Below are positions 34,912 to 44,833 of a DNA stretch of 64,000 nt, piece after piece; positions within the stretch are counted from its first letter, which is position 1; each line of letters opens with the position of its first letter. The stretch comes from a virus (lineage: Duplodnaviria > Caudoviricetes). The translations under genes were made by a program, and so were the position numbers. The notes under the pieces are model-generated. The model made no database searches, had not been told where the DNA came from, and saw nothing but the letters and a program-made list of their open reading frames with translations. The DNA is taken from positions 1 to 64,000 of the IMG/VR virus record IMGVR_UViG_3300017791_000021; one strand, written 5' to 3'.

Positions 34912-35292
34912 CTATTCTATATCGGCTGTATTTACAGCCAAGTGTTCCGCGATTCGTTCTTGAATGGCCAACGTGCGCTTATCGGTCTTCAAGTCCTCCT
35001 CTGCTCTTGCGCGGTCGTGCTCGCTCTGTCTATTTTGACTCATTAGAATCAATGGCGCACTATAAAATGCGAACGCACTGAACGCTAGGTTCAAGAATAC
35101 AAATGGAAATGGATCATAACGCATTCCATGTGGAGCCAGTGTATTCCACAATATCCAACCTAGGACTACGATAGTAGCCCACGCAATGAAAGATAACTTG
35201 CCAATGGCATCAGTCATAGCATCAGGTAATTTATCTACCCAGGATTCTTTCTCGAATCTAGCAATATTCGCGGGGTGCTGATTTAGTGTCAT
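34912..35292 (-). CDS. DUF1003 membrane protein
   Basis: YDPFPFVFLNL..APLILMSQNRQ signature. Confidence 0.88.
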   Translation of the reverse strand: MTLNQHPANIARFEKESWVDKLPDAMTDAIGKLSFIAWATIVVLGWILWNTLAPHGMRYDPFPFVFLNLAFSAFAFYSAPLILMSQNRQSEHDRARAEEDLKTDKRTLAIQERIAEHLAVNTADIE

Positions 35293-35307
35293 TGGCTATT
35301 GCCTTTC

Positions 35308-35628
35308 TTACATAGCGCGACCGTACTTAGCCTTTGCGCGGAATGAATCTGTCCAGGAACTACGAGAAGGCATCATCAGAACTCTCTTGCACATCTCTCC
35401 AGCCTCAGCGGCGTTCTGAGCGTACAGAGTTGCTGTCGGATGCAGGGAGGCACCCATCTTCTCAAAAGAGGCTCTACGGTGTCCTGTAGGCCCTTGTAGG
35501 GCGTTCCCGCCCTTGCCTGCTCCACCCTTAGGGCGTAGTCTTCCACGCTCTGGTCTTCCGGTGCGGGCAAGCATAGCTGCTTCAGTCCCCATTGTTGGGC
35601 GACTTCCTGTGCCAATTTCTTCGGCCAT
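35308..35628 (-). CDS. Basic hypothetical protein
   Basis: RBS AGGAG. Confidence 0.65.
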   Translation of the reverse strand: MAEEIGTGSRPTMGTEAAMLARTGRPERGRLRPKGGAGKGGNALQGPTGHRRASFEKMGASLHPTATLYAQNAAEAGEMCKRVLMMPSRSSWTDSFRAKAKYGRAM

Positions 35629-35640
35629 TGTTTCTCCTAA

Positions 35641-35865
35641 TTAAGAACGGTAATAACTCAGGGCGCGGTTTTGCTGATAAGTGGTGGAACTCATTCCATT
35701 AGTTGTAGAACCTAATGGTGATAGTACCGAAGAAGGTGAATAACTCTGGGGTGCCATTTGCTGGACTGTATGAGTAGTGCCCTGTCCTACAAGCCCAGTG
35801 GCTCCAGAGGAGAATTCAGCGGTACGTGATTGTGGAAAACTGTTATCCACTGGCTGTGCTGGCAT
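35641..35865 (-). CDS. Ser/Thr-rich hypothetical protein
   Basis: RBS GGGGAG. Confidence 0.6.
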   Translation of the reverse strand: MPAQPVDNSFPQSRTAEFSSGATGLVGQGTTHTVQQMAPQSYSPSSVLSPLGSTTNGMSSTTYQQNRALSYYRS

Positions 35866-35882
35866 TCGGGACTCTCCCCTGT

Positions 35883-36167
35883 TTAAGAAATGATTAGCTT
35901 AAAGATGAGAGCGCTTATCTCTCCGTCGTCCATAACCACAGTTGCAAAACCGGGACGGCAGGACAACACATACCCTCTAGGACCAACATAGGATTGAGCA
36001 ATAGCGACAGCCTTCATCGACTGGTTAACTGCTGCTGCTCCGATAGCACGAAGAGTAATATCCTTATTGGCATAGACATTGTTAGCAATCGCTGCTGCGA
36101 GGGATGATGCGGAAGAGGCGGACTTCACTTTCAGAAGAACCTCATTGGGGTTCAGGTTATCTACCAT
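35883..36167 (-). CDS. spoVS: SpoVS-family (Alba-fold nucleic-acid-binding) protein
   Basis: LKV..S....LAAAIA..LRAIGAAAVNQSMKAVAIA..L.C.PGF signature. Confidence 0.9.
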   Translation of the reverse strand: MVDNLNPNEVLLKVKSASSASSLAAAIANNVYANKDITLRAIGAAAVNQSMKAVAIAQSYVGPRGYVLSCRPGFATVVMDDGEISALIFKLIIS

Positions 36168-36282
36168 ATTTTTCTCCAAGTTTATAGTACATGTCTCCTA
36201 CTGATTATACAGATAAAAAAGAGACCTATACCCGATATACAGGTATAGGTCTCTTAGAAGGGAGATAGCAAAGGAGGAGTTG

Positions 36283-36777
36283 CTAACTAGATTGTATCAT
36301 GAGTGCGATGCCATAGGCATCTGCTAGGTTGTCGTTGGTTATTTCGGGATCGAATTGCTGGATTGCGGCAACCATATCTTCCTTAGAAGCCTTGCCAGAG
36401 CCTCCGATGAACTGCTTGAGAGCTGTTGGCTGGACTGTCTGAGGATTCTGGTCAAAGACAAGCTTTGAGACAAGCTTGACAATTCCTCCGAGTTCTCCAA
36501 GCTTTTCCCGATTGAGCTTGGCTCCATATGCATATCCCTCCATTCCTATATGGATTGTAGCTCCCGATCCTTGATGAATAGCGAAGTACATCAGTAAATC
36601 ATCGTAGATATTAACTAATCGGTCTGCTTCGTCCTTGAATTTATTCAAAGGGTATTTCAATAAGCTTTTCTGGTGGCAATGGCCACTCTCGTCTAACACA
36701 ACAAGCCCGAACCCTGTATAGGACTGATCGATTCCTATAAACAGGGATTCGGGCTTGCGTGGTTCTAAATCACTCAC
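36283..36777 (-). CDS. ruvC: RuvC-like Holliday junction resolvase
   Basis: IGIDQSYTGFG, MEG, LGELGG, LKQFIGGSGKASKEDM, DNLADA. Confidence 0.88.
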   Translation of the reverse strand: MSDLEPRKPESLFIGIDQSYTGFGLVVLDESGHCHQKSLLKYPLNKFKDEADRLVNIYDDLLMYFAIHQGSGATIHIGMEGYAYGAKLNREKLGELGGIVKLVSKLVFDQNPQTVQPTALKQFIGGSGKASKEDMVAAIQQFDPEITNDNLADAYGIALMIQSS

Positions 36778-37039
36778 CTATTACTGTCCTGTCGTATGTT
36801 CTGTAGCCATTCTTTGTCTTATGGACTTCATCCGCTATCTCAGCCCAGATGTGCATCACGCGAGGCTCACCGAGTGGACGAGAGTACACAGAGGGAGCGG
36901 GACCATCAGGCATCGAATCCCAATATTCCTTAATGTACTCGTCTCTGTCAGCAGAAGTCTCATGAATGGAATATCCGTCAAAGCTGGTTCCCCAGCCTGC
37001 CTCAGATTCTACCCATTCCTGTACCACCATTGTTGGCAT
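36770..37039 (-). CDS. Hypothetical protein
   Basis: ESEAGWG..DGYS motif. Confidence 0.65.
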   Translation of the reverse strand: MPTMVVQEWVESEAGWGTSFDGYSIHETSADRDEYIKEYWDSMPDGPAPSVYSRPLGEPRVMHIWAEIADEVHKTKNGYRTYDRTVIGE

Positions 37040-37215
37040 TACTTGCCTTCCTTCCAACATGTGGTGTAGTCCCAGCAATGGGGACAGTATTTCAGTCCCC
37101 GTCGCTTCCGAATCCACCATCGTAGTTTATTGATCACTTGGTCTTGTTCCAGAAATCCCAGCATATCTTAGAGCAATACGGAAACCACTTAGGAGTAGCT
37201 TCAGCAGCTCCACAC

Positions 37216-37473
37216 TTACACAGCATCGTACTCCAGTAGAGTCGGAAGGAATCCCAGGGGATCACCTTCAATGTAAAGGCCCTGATAGTTCTTCTCACCC
37301 TCAAGAACGTAGCGAATCTCAAAGGTCATTCCAGTACCACCATAACCGCAAGTATCACAGCCATCGTTGTACGGACCCTCTGTGTCACCAAAGTGAGCCT
37401 TAGTAGCTATGATGTTCCTCTCATCAGCCAGATAGGCGATAAGCATCTTCTCAATACGGTCAAAAACGTCCAT
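37216..37473 (-). CDS. Hypothetical protein
   Basis: GCDTCGYG motif. Confidence 0.65.
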   Translation of the reverse strand: MDVFDRIEKMLIAYLADERNIIATKAHFGDTEGPYNDGCDTCGYGGTGMTFEIRYVLEGEKNYQGLYIEGDPLGFLPTLLEYDAV

Positions 37474-37862
37474 TAGCCCCTCACTTCTATGATTCGGTCC
37501 TTGAGTCCGGCACGAACAGCCATATCATATGTCATCTGAGTTCCACGGTTTCCCGCGCCCTCTAGGAAACACGCTACCACGTAATCAGGGTTTAGGTCAA
37601 TCATCTCCTGATTCCTCTTGGCATATGCCCAACCCTGCTGCTTCAATGGCGGATGCGGAATAACCTCCCAATCGGCTCCAGTAGCCCAGGAAGCCCCTAT
37701 AAGGTCCGCTCCGCCGTACGGACACTCTCCATGGTGCAATTCCATCGGAGACCAGTGCCAGTCGTTCTCATGGGCCTTCTCTAGCTTCCTGAGGGCATCC
37801 CAGATGAGATGAGCCTTAGCCATCGGCCAATCTCGGGAACCAGTGATCACTACAACGGTCAA
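37473..37862 (-). CDS. SLOG/YspA-like (DUF2493) protein
   Basis: VITGSRDW, HGECPYGGAD, RNQEMID, GT..T. Confidence 0.8.
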   Translation of the reverse strand: MTVVVITGSRDWPMAKAHLIWDALRKLEKAHENDWHWSPMELHHGECPYGGADLIGASWATGADWEVIPHPPLKQQGWAYAKRNQEMIDLNPDYVVACFLEGAGNRGTQMTYDMAVRAGLKDRIIEVRG

Positions 37863-37976
37863 AGTCTCATCTTTCTAATAGGCATATCACAACGAAGACA
37901 GCGCCAAAATCTTGGCTTAGTTACTTTCTTTTTATCGTCCTCAAATACCTGATCGTTCTTTTTACACTTAGGACAT

Positions 37977-38162
37977 TCAGGTCTCGGATCGCTCATTCTC
38001 TTCCATCTCCTTAACAGCGAGCTTACGAAGCCTTGCCATTTCTCCGATTTCGCCGATCATAATGGCTTCCTCCGGAGTCATCTTCATTGTAGTTCCAGAC
38101 TTGCTGTCAAGCCAGAATACGAATACATCATTATCGTGGTCCACATTTACAGAATGAAGCAT
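37977..38162 (-). CDS. Hypothetical protein
   Basis: RBS AAGGAG. Confidence 0.55.
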   Translation of the reverse strand: MLHSVNVDHDNDVFVFWLDSKSGTTMKMTPEEAIMIGEIGEMARLRKLAVKEMEENERSET

Positions 38163-38319
38163 TACTTCATCTCCTTACAGTTATCGCAGTACCATCGACC
38201 TTCACGATTAACTGTTACTCGCTTAAGTCGCTTTCCACACTTTCCACAATTAGGTGCTGTCATACTAAACTCCTTAAACTAAGAAGGGCTCCCATTGCTG
38301 AGAGCCCTTCAATCAGTTA

Positions 38320-38526
38320 CTACCTAGCGTGCTTACCCGAACGAGATGCACCGTTGGTGGCGATGTCCGCCTTACCCTCTTCGGTGTTATTCCAACCGTT
38401 GTCGATGATCTCAACATCCTTAGCTATTCGCTCAGGACTAGGACCAGTCCCTGCGTTGTTCAGTGCTCGGATGACCGGATTTCCCTGAGTGGCAGTCACG
38501 TCACTCTTCTTGCCGTGCTTTGCCAT
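38320..38526 (-). CDS. Hypothetical protein
   Basis: RBS GAGGAG; followed by a terminator at about 38282-38310. Confidence 0.65.
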   Translation of the reverse strand: MAKHGKKSDVTATQGNPVIRALNNAGTGPSPERIAKDVEIIDNGWNNTEEGKADIATNGASRSGKHAR

Positions 38527-38567
38527 TTCAACGTTCTCCTCGTTGTCGGTGTTTGGTAGGTACTACC

Positions 38568-38774
38568 TTACACTGCCTGCCAGTCCCACGCAACCCTGCC
38601 GTTGGCCTGGATAATCTTCACGCGGCGCTGAGTGGGCTTGATCTTGCTACCAGTCTTCTTACGCTTCTTCGGAGGACCATTGTGGGTACCACCCGAATAG
38701 CGACCACGCTGCTTGGGGCAAGAGTACTTGTTCTTGATCCAGGTAACCGGACCAGCCTCAGTCTGAGTCTCCAT
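38568..38774 (-). CDS. Basic hypothetical protein
   Basis: METQTE start with GGGAG RBS. Confidence 0.55.
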   Translation of the reverse strand: METQTEAGPVTWIKNKYSCPKQRGRYSGGTHNGPPKKRKKTGSKIKPTQRRVKIIQANGRVAWDWQAV

Positions 38775-39003
38775 TGTCGATCTCCCATTCTCCTTGGATG
38801 AATTCCCACATACCAACCACGAAATAGTCTCCGCTATTGTCGTCATTGGAATAGATGACCCAACTTTCAGTCATTGGGTCCTTAACAATTACCTCTTCAA
38901 TTCTGAATGATGGACCCTTCCGGCCAGAGAACCAATACATGGCTCTGAATCCCAGATGGGTCCACCACTCACCTACTTGTGGAAGCCTATCGGAGATTGC
39001 CAT
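38758..39003 (-). CDS. Hypothetical protein
   Basis: Operon ORF. Confidence 0.6.
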   Translation of the reverse strand: MAISDRLPQVGEWWTHLGFRAMYWFSGRKGPSFRIEEVIVKDPMTESWVIYSNDDNSGDYFVVGMWEFIQGEWEIDNGDSD

Positions 39004-39129
39004 CTTCGTCCAGCAAACGGTTCAACTTCAGCTTGTCATTCAGTGCTTGCTGTCCGCGCTTCTGTTCAGGAGTAAAGCCTGTAGGCTTCGGCTCCTCTAC
39101 CTTAGCGGGCTTGTCACGGCGTAGCTTCA

Positions 39130-39345
39130 TTACCAAACCTCCGTTGTGAGTACCCAATGATCGTACTCGTCAATCTCGTCTTCGTCAATAGCTTCCATGA
39201 AGCGGTGTTGCAGCTCCTCAACATAGCGAGCGCCTACACCGTTTACCATGCGAAGCTCATTTCCCTCTTCGTCAGTAGAGAGAATAAGAGGAGTATCAGG
39301 TGGAAACTCCTTGAGCATTTCGATAAAGTCTCGTACAGTTACCAC
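39130..39345 (-). CDS. Hypothetical protein
   Basis: TV.D.I..L..FP.D..LSTDEEGN motif. Confidence 0.65.
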   Translation of the reverse strand: MVTVRDFIEMLKEFPPDTPLILSTDEEGNELRMVNGVGARYVEELQHRFMEAIDEDEIDEYDHWVLTTEVW

Positions 39346-39692
39346 CAGAGTTCCACCACGTAATTTCCCTCAGGAATGACTGCCATGTTACACAGCCATT
39401 GAAGAATGTGCTGGATTCCAGGGGAATCATACGAGTACGTACCATCTGGATCAAGATAGAAGGGACCTTCACCCATAATCCAACGGTTGAAGTCTTGATC
39501 GAGATCATCCTCAATCTCCTGTCCGACCCTAACCTCTGCACTCATGTAGCTGCCATTATGGTAGCCATCGTAACCAGTGTCAAGGGAACGCCAAGAGGCA
39601 CCGTAACCCTCAAGATGCATGTTCACGAACTTATCGAGATCGTGACAGTCAACTGCATAAGAAACCTTGTAGCGCAACTTCGGTTCAGACAT
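39339..39692 (-). CDS. Acidic hypothetical protein
   Basis: IPEGNYVVELWW C-terminal motif. Confidence 0.7.
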   Translation of the reverse strand: MSEPKLRYKVSYAVDCHDLDKFVNMHLEGYGASWRSLDTGYDGYHNGSYMSAEVRVGQEIEDDLDQDFNRWIMGEGPFYLDPDGTYSYDSPGIQHILQWLCNMAVIPEGNYVVELWW

Positions 39693-39873
39693 TCAGTTTC
39701 TCCATTCTCGGCCAATAATAACCACAGGCACAAGTCTTACCAGAGTGACAGTTGCAGGAACAGTGTCCGTATTCTACACAGAACTCATTACCACAGTCCT
39801 CATAATCGCAGAATCCGAACACTACTCCATCTGTACATCTATCGCAGTTCTCGTGATTATGCGAACGGCTCAT
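39685..39873 (-). CDS. Small Cys-rich protein
   Basis: About 62 aa with many Cys (CSCNCH..CAC). Confidence 0.5.
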   Translation of the reverse strand: MSRSHNHENCDRCTDGVVFGFCDYEDCGNEFCVEYGHCSCNCHSGKTCACGYYWPRMEKLNV

Positions 39874-40564
39874 CAGGGAAGTCCTGATATGTAGCAGGGG
39901 CAATCTTGCGTAGCTCCTCAAGAACCAGCGTAGCGAATGCCCGTATTTCTGCGTCAGCGTGCATAGAATAGCGCTTGAACAACATGTCACGCCATGCTCT
40001 GTGGTTTCCAGTGACGACTATCTTAGTCTCTGTACCGCCAGGAAGCAAGGCTCTTGCTGCCTCACGTGCCTTCTTACCCTTAACACCTTCAGACTCCAGG
40101 ATCTCTACGATATCGCCATAGCGGCTGATAGCGTCAGACATCGTGCGGCCTAGCTTACCAACAGGCTCCATCCAATTGTCAAGAGCGTCGATAGCGGGTG
40201 GAACGGTAATTACAGCATCTTCCATGTTGATGTAACGCTGTGAAAGCTCACTGTAGCTCAGGTGTCTATGTCTAATCAACTCGTGAGTCATATTGCGGCT
40301 GACACCCTCAACATAGAAAGTAACGCTAGCGTGCTCTAGAACTGAAAAATGTCCCTGCTTGATGATATTGGCCAAATAGCCATTATCGGTAGCAGTATCG
40401 GGATTAGGCATTTGCCAGGATTGGTAACAGGAACGTCCAGCAAAATGGGCTAGACGATCAGCAGACTGATGAGGCTTGCCACCATGAAAACTGCCGAACT
40501 CTGTATTTCTAACAGAGTCCGGCAGTTCCTCAAAATAGGTGGAAGCTAACACTGTTAACTTCAC
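39857..40564 (-). CDS. thyX: Flavin-dependent thymidylate synthase
   Basis: GHFSVLEH, RHRHLSYSELSQRY signature, HADAEIR. Confidence 0.95.
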   Translation of the reverse strand: MKLTVLASTYFEELPDSVRNTEFGSFHGGKPHQSADRLAHFAGRSCYQSWQMPNPDTATDNGYLANIIKQGHFSVLEHASVTFYVEGVSRNMTHELIRHRHLSYSELSQRYINMEDAVITVPPAIDALDNWMEPVGKLGRTMSDAISRYGDIVEILESEGVKGKKAREAARALLPGGTETKIVVTGNHRAWRDMLFKRYSMHADAEIRAFATLVLEELRKIAPATYQDFPDEPFA

Positions 40565-40696
40565 GTATTTCCTTAATTCTTCTCGTAGCTACTTGCGAGC
40601 TGATCAAAGGTCACCCGAATAGGTGCCTCTCGGTTGTTGGTGTTCTTAAGGTAGACCACATTGGCACCATTGTCAACGGCATCAATTTTATAGGTC

Positions 40697-41134
40697 TCAC
40701 CCTTGATCTGCTTGTGCTTGTACGACTCTCCCTTGCGCGGCAAGGTTCCCTCCTAGTACTAGCGGATTAATGAGTCCAGCACTGATCACTAATTCTTGGC
40801 TTATCAGTCGCCCTCTAAGATATGTTGGCGCGAAAGCCTTAGCTTTCAGTGTCTGGTGCTGTGCTCCTACCCTAGCGGACAGGAAATCTCCTGTCAAGCA
40901 GTAAGCTAGGGAGACACCAGAACGGTCACCTGCTCCTGGACCCCACAGCCTATTTTCAGGTAGGAAGTCCAGGAGGGTGTAATTCGCTTCAATTTGAGCA
41001 GTTGTCTGATAAACCTGAAAACCATCAGGAAGTTCAAACAAGAGAATTTTAGTAGGTGAGAAGATTCTACTTACAAAGTAGAACTGGTTTGGCAGTATCT
41101 TCCATTGATAATACTGCCCTCTTAGTACTGTCAT
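40697..41134 (-). CDS. Hypothetical protein
   Basis: Operon ORF, 145 aa. Confidence 0.55.
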   Translation of the reverse strand: MTVLRGQYYQWKILPNQFYFVSRIFSPTKILLFELPDGFQVYQTTAQIEANYTLLDFLPENRLWGPGAGDRSGVSLAYCLTGDFLSARVGAQHQTLKAKAFAPTYLRGRLISQELVISAGLINPLVLGGNLAAQGRVVQAQADQG

Positions 41135-41141
41135 GGCTCAC

Positions 41142-41609
41142 CTACGTTGAATACTTATCAGCACGGTTCTCCAGATCACGTCTGGAGATTCTTCTAGACA
41201 ACTCTCTGGATACTACCTTGGATGCGGCCTCTAGGTGGGTATATTCCGATTTTGAGAGTTTCGTTATGGCATATGCTAGCTCAACGGCATCTTCAGCGTC
41301 CAGATATTCTTCCTCTTGCTGAACCATTGCCTTTGTTGCTGCAACAGTCTTTTCCTTCTTATGCACAATGCTATAACGGTCGAACACACGCTGAAGATTT
41401 CTCTCAGCCTTACGTTCTGCAATTTCATTCAGGGCTACTTGATAGCCAGCGTAGCCAGTCCAGTTGGTAAAGTCAACCAGCAGATCCATCAACAAATCAT
41501 CGGGAAGGTCTGACAATCCGGGTGGAAGTATTGGCTGGTCTTCTGACGGCTTTTCTCTCAGAGTTGTGCTCTCTAACCATCCGCTCTGAATCGGGTTTCT
41601 GCGCGCCAT
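41142..41609 (-). CDS. Helical hypothetical protein (possible UvsY-like recombination mediator)
   Basis: Coiled-coil, near a nuclease and RecA; VSRELSRR tail. Confidence 0.6.
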   Translation of the reverse strand: MARRNPIQSGWLESTTLREKPSEDQPILPPGLSDLPDDLLMDLLVDFTNWTGYAGYQVALNEIAERKAERNLQRVFDRYSIVHKKEKTVAATKAMVQQEEEYLDAEDAVELAYAITKLSKSEYTHLEAASKVVSRELSRRISRRDLENRADKYST

Positions 41610-42501
41610 ATTTCTCACAATCTTTACACGTACCAGTAGGACACTCTGGAAGAGGACCATCAAGATCCAGAGCAGCGACAATATCAGAGCAGTTCTTAAG
41701 AACTCTCTTGGAGACCTCAGGATCGTGCTTTACAACGAATTCTTTCACGCCCTGATTGAATTTGGCTTCATAAATAAAGATAATTTGGTCAAAAGGGAGA
41801 CCAATTCGCGCACAAAGAGCAAGATAAAGCTGTCCCTGCTTAATGTGAGACGGAAATGGTGCCTTGATGTCCTTCCAAAGGCCCTGAAAATCTATAGAAC
41901 TGCCATTGGAGTTCTGAGCATAGACGTCAGGTGCTTCTATTCTAACGGTTCCGGCACCAACGGACTTAATCTCTATCAACGCATTCAACCGTGGAATAGC
42001 TCCGTCAGCATGACCAGAGATCATTAGAGGGTCATAGCGTAGCGGTACCTCAAGATACTGCATGATTTCGATACCCGCACCGCATATATGGCACTTATCA
42101 GGAAGTACGTCTGAGCGCACAAAGGTACCACAGCGCAGACACTTCCAGTTACCCCACAAATCCCCCATCTGCCACAAACGACGTTGCCACTTGTCATGGA
42201 TGTAGTGACCTTCGTCAAAGATGTTGAGGAGCTGCGGAGCGATGGTCTCAGCAGGCTTGAGATAGGGGTTGTCTGCCTCTCTACAGGCCAAAATCCGGTA
42301 GTAGGTAGCTAGAGGGCACCAGCTCTCTTTCGCTGTCTCAGAAGGGTGTACGATGTCTTGCCTACGCTTGGAGGGTTTCGCATTCTCCTTAATCATATGG
42401 GCCTGAATATCACCAATAAGGAGTGTTCCCTTAGAAGCATTGGCATAGTTGGCTAGATTTCCGGAGAGCTTTGGTCCCCATCCTGAGCTGATTGTTGCCA
42501 A
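41497..42501 (-). CDS. Cas4-like PD-(D/E)xK exonuclease
   Basis: HPS..WCP, G..IH, GHADG, IEIKS, QGQLY, terminal C..C..C. Confidence 0.85.
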   Translation of the reverse strand: MATISSGWGPKLSGNLANYANASKGTLLIGDIQAHMIKENAKPSKRRQDIVHPSETAKESWCPLATYYRILACREADNPYLKPAETIAPQLLNIFDEGHYIHDKWQRRLWQMGDLWGNWKCLRCGTFVRSDVLPDKCHICGAGIEIMQYLEVPLRYDPLMISGHADGAIPRLNALIEIKSVGAGTVRIEAPDVYAQNSNGSSIDFQGLWKDIKAPFPSHIKQGQLYLALCARIGLPFDQIIFIYEAKFNQGVKEFVVKHDPEVSKRVLKNCSDIVAALDLDGPLPECPTGTCKDCEKYGAQKPDSERMVREHNSERKAVRRPANTSTRIVRPSR

Positions 42502-42803
42502 GTTCTTCTTTCCTTTCGTAGTTTAGTACGCTCTTCTGGAGAATGTCCTCCCCAAACTCCCCACCGCTCGTTATTGACTAACGCGAATTCTAAACAGAGT
42601 TCTAATAGTGGGCACGGTCGTCCGTCATACGTACCTAAGCAGATATTCTTTGCATCTTCTGTCTCGTCAGTTGCCTCAGGATCATCCGACTCTCCATACC
42701 AGGGATCATAATCCGCTGTGGCGGGAAAGGACACACATTTGGCTGTCTTCCTTGGATCATCACTGAACCATTGAGGAGCAACACTACGTAACTTCATTAC
42801 CAA
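42453..42803 (-). CDS. whiB: WhiB-family transcription factor
   Basis: C...AK.IC...CP...CL.FAL..E.WGVWGG..ER; an insertion separates the central Cys pair. Confidence 0.85.
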   Translation of the reverse strand: MVMKLRSVAPQWFSDDPRKTAKCVSFPATADYDPWYGESDDPEATDETEDAKNICLGTYDGRPCPLLELCLEFALVNNERWGVWGGHSPEERTKLRKERRTWQQSAQDGDQSSPEI

Positions 42804-43113
42804 TACTAGCTTCTTCCCTTAAGGTGAGATAGTCATCCTTTGACATGATTACCCACTCATTACCAGTGGTCTTGAACTCTACCATAAAGATCGGTAAACG
42901 TCCATCCACCAGCGCTTGATTAGTCAATGTCTCAAGCTCTGCATCCTTGAGGGAATATGATTTGGCTGATGTAATCTTCAGCTCAAACAATTCATCTTCT
43001 GTACGCACATCACCCTTGCGTATCCATCCATTACCTGAGCCAGAATTGACAGAGCCCCCGACCAAACGGCCGAGGGCTTTTTCCTGTCTCTGGCTATCCT
43101 TTAAGGTAGCCAT
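42784..43113 (-). CDS. Hjc-like PD-(D/E)xK nuclease/resolvase
   Basis: QE..GSG..KGDV..FELK motif. Confidence 0.72.
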   Translation of the reverse strand: MATLKDSQRQEKALGRLVGGSVNSGSGNGWIRKGDVRTEDELFELKITSAKSYSLKDAELETLTNQALVDGRLPIFMVEFKTTGNEWVIMSKDDYLTLREEASIGNEVT

Positions 43114-43121
43114 TTGTAACC

Positions 43122-43394
43122 TTACTTCTCGTTGTCAATATTCTTCGGACGACCAGTGATCAGGCGAACGCTGTCACGGACCAGACCAACACCGAAACCA
43201 CCCAGACCCATGACAGGCCATGCAGCAACCATACCGCCTCGGTAAAGACAGCAGACCAGCATACCCAGATCATGACCGTACTTCTCACGGTACTGCTTAA
43301 GGCTCTTGCCGTTATCCAGCAGATCGCTGAGCGTAGTTCCCGACCCGATGAGCCAAATGAGTCCGCCAACAATCCAAGCGCCAATAACCAGCAT
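43122..43394 (-). CDS. Membrane protein
   Basis: Two TM helices, WP motif, RBS AAGGAGG. Confidence 0.65.
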   Translation of the reverse strand: MLVIGAWIVGGLIWLIGSGTTLSDLLDNGKSLKQYREKYGHDLGMLVCCLYRGGMVAAWPVMGLGGFGVGLVRDSVRLITGRPKNIDNEK

Positions 43395-43546
43395 GTGTTT
43401 GCCTCCTTGATAGGATTAATAGTCCTTCTACTGCCTCAAGCCAGTACCCATAATCAGGTACTGGCTCAAGGTTACTTCATATCAGCCTGCGGGGCAACCG
43501 CAGTGCGGAGGGAAGTGAGGCGGATTGGTGCAGTTGTGCTGACACT

Positions 43547-43813
43547 TCATCGACTAGCCACCTTAACAATCGCATTTGTATACTTACGGTCCAGCTCTTG
43601 AACTTCCTCTGAGAGTTCAGAGAAAGGAATCAAGGACTTGTGATCAGGTCGAGTAAGGTTACGCCATACTGACCACGCATCATGTACGTCTTCCAGGGTA
43701 GTTTCCTTGCCCTTGACGAGTACAAGAAGACTGTACATGTCCAACAGATCTTCGTCAATACCGGGAAGTTCCTGACGGACAGCATCCCGAATCTCATTGA
43801 CGTAATTACGCAC
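43547..43813 (-). CDS. Hypothetical protein with RyR-repeat-like motif
   Basis: VHDAW..HKSLIPFSELSEEVQELD. Confidence 0.65.
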   Translation of the reverse strand: MRNYVNEIRDAVRQELPGIDEDLLDMYSLLVLVKGKETTLEDVHDAWSVWRNLTRPDHKSLIPFSELSEEVQELDRKYTNAIVKVASR

Positions 43814-44432
43814 CCTGTGTCTCCCACTTGTGGATATCGTCGTTCTCAAGGAGAACCTTGTAACTTGCGTTGACCTCTCGAAGGTACACTACCATGCCCT
43901 CCGACTTAAAGCCAGGCATTGCCTTCGACCCGTTGTCCGCGAGATCCTTGCGAAGCTCACCAACATTCAGATCGTAGAACTGCCCTGCAAACAGTAGCGG
44001 AACGATATAGAGGTTGTCAACCTCAGATCGTGCCTCAGTCGGGTGCAGCGTCTCAAACCAGCGAGGCGCATTGAAGAGGCTGAAGCGCTTCTCAGAGAGT
44101 CCGTAGCCCCTCTGGATACCCCGACCCCACCACTCGCCATAGTGGTCCCCAGAGCCCAATGTACGGACAAGTGCAGACGCATTGTCGTGCACCCATCCTG
44201 CAAAACCGAAGTTGTCAGTACTCTTACCAGGCTGAAGCAGCCGCTTGCGAGACTGTGCCCACAGGGTGTACGCCTCATCGTCTACAGTGACGTGCAGAAC
44301 AGCCTGACTGTCATCCTCAGTACCATCGTACGGACGGATGCGTACTGCTGAGTTGGAACCGTCGATCTTCTCTGTAACTACCGCACGCTCCTTGCTCATG
44401 CGCGGGATAGAAGGCCACGGCTTGAACTCCAT
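43806..44432 (-). CDS. ATP-dependent RNA ligase (Rnl2-like adenylation domain)
   Basis: TEKIDGSN (motif I), QSR, YGEW.G.GIQ, EGMV, K. Confidence 0.85.
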   Translation of the reverse strand: MEFKPWPSIPRMSKERAVVTEKIDGSNSAVRIRPYDGTEDDSQAVLHVTVDDEAYTLWAQSRKRLLQPGKSTDNFGFAGWVHDNASALVRTLGSGDHYGEWWGRGIQRGYGLSEKRFSLFNAPRWFETLHPTEARSEVDNLYIVPLLFAGQFYDLNVGELRKDLADNGSKAMPGFKSEGMVVYLREVNASYKVLLENDDIHKWETQGA

Positions 44433-44446
44433 TGCTATCTCCTCTG

Positions 44447-44830
44447 TTAAATGTACGGCTGAAGTACTGTTGTCAGGTCTACCGTAGCACCTAGGGTAGA
44501 AGGAATCAACACGCCCTTTGTTGTGCGGTTGGCCATGTTGGTTACCTTCTCGATGATGGTATATGTAAACCCACCAGGGTGCAACTCGTCGTTGTCAGTA
44601 CACGGTAGTGTAATGCTGAAGGTACCCGGACCTGAACTGTTCGGCGTACCTCCGATCGTTCCTGGAAGGATAGCAACCAGGGGTGGTACTGTCAAGAACT
44701 GATCGTCTGTGGCATCGGAAAGAGACGGCACAGACGGAATGAACTGTACTGTGCCGTTCTCACCTGCACCACTGACGAAGTTAATGTACTTTCCAGTTAC
44801 GGTAATTAACTTAGCGCCTGTGATAGTCAT
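44447..44830 (-). CDS. Hypothetical beta-rich protein
   Basis: VTGKY..GTVQF.P..FSITLP.TD..FTY..E, resembles N-termini of actinophage tail-associated proteins. Confidence 0.6.
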   Translation of the reverse strand: MTITGAKLITVTGKYINFVSGAGENGTVQFIPSVPSLSDATDDQFLTVPPLVAILPGTIGGTPNSSGPGTFSITLPCTDNDELHPGGFTYTIIEKVTNMANRTTKGVLIPSTLGATVDLTTVLQPYI

Positions 44831-44833
44831 GGA

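Noticed and set aside
41497-42501. Cas4 as evidence of a CRISPR-Cas system
   Set aside because: Solo Cas4-like nucleases are common in phage replication modules; no cas1/cas2 or array is present
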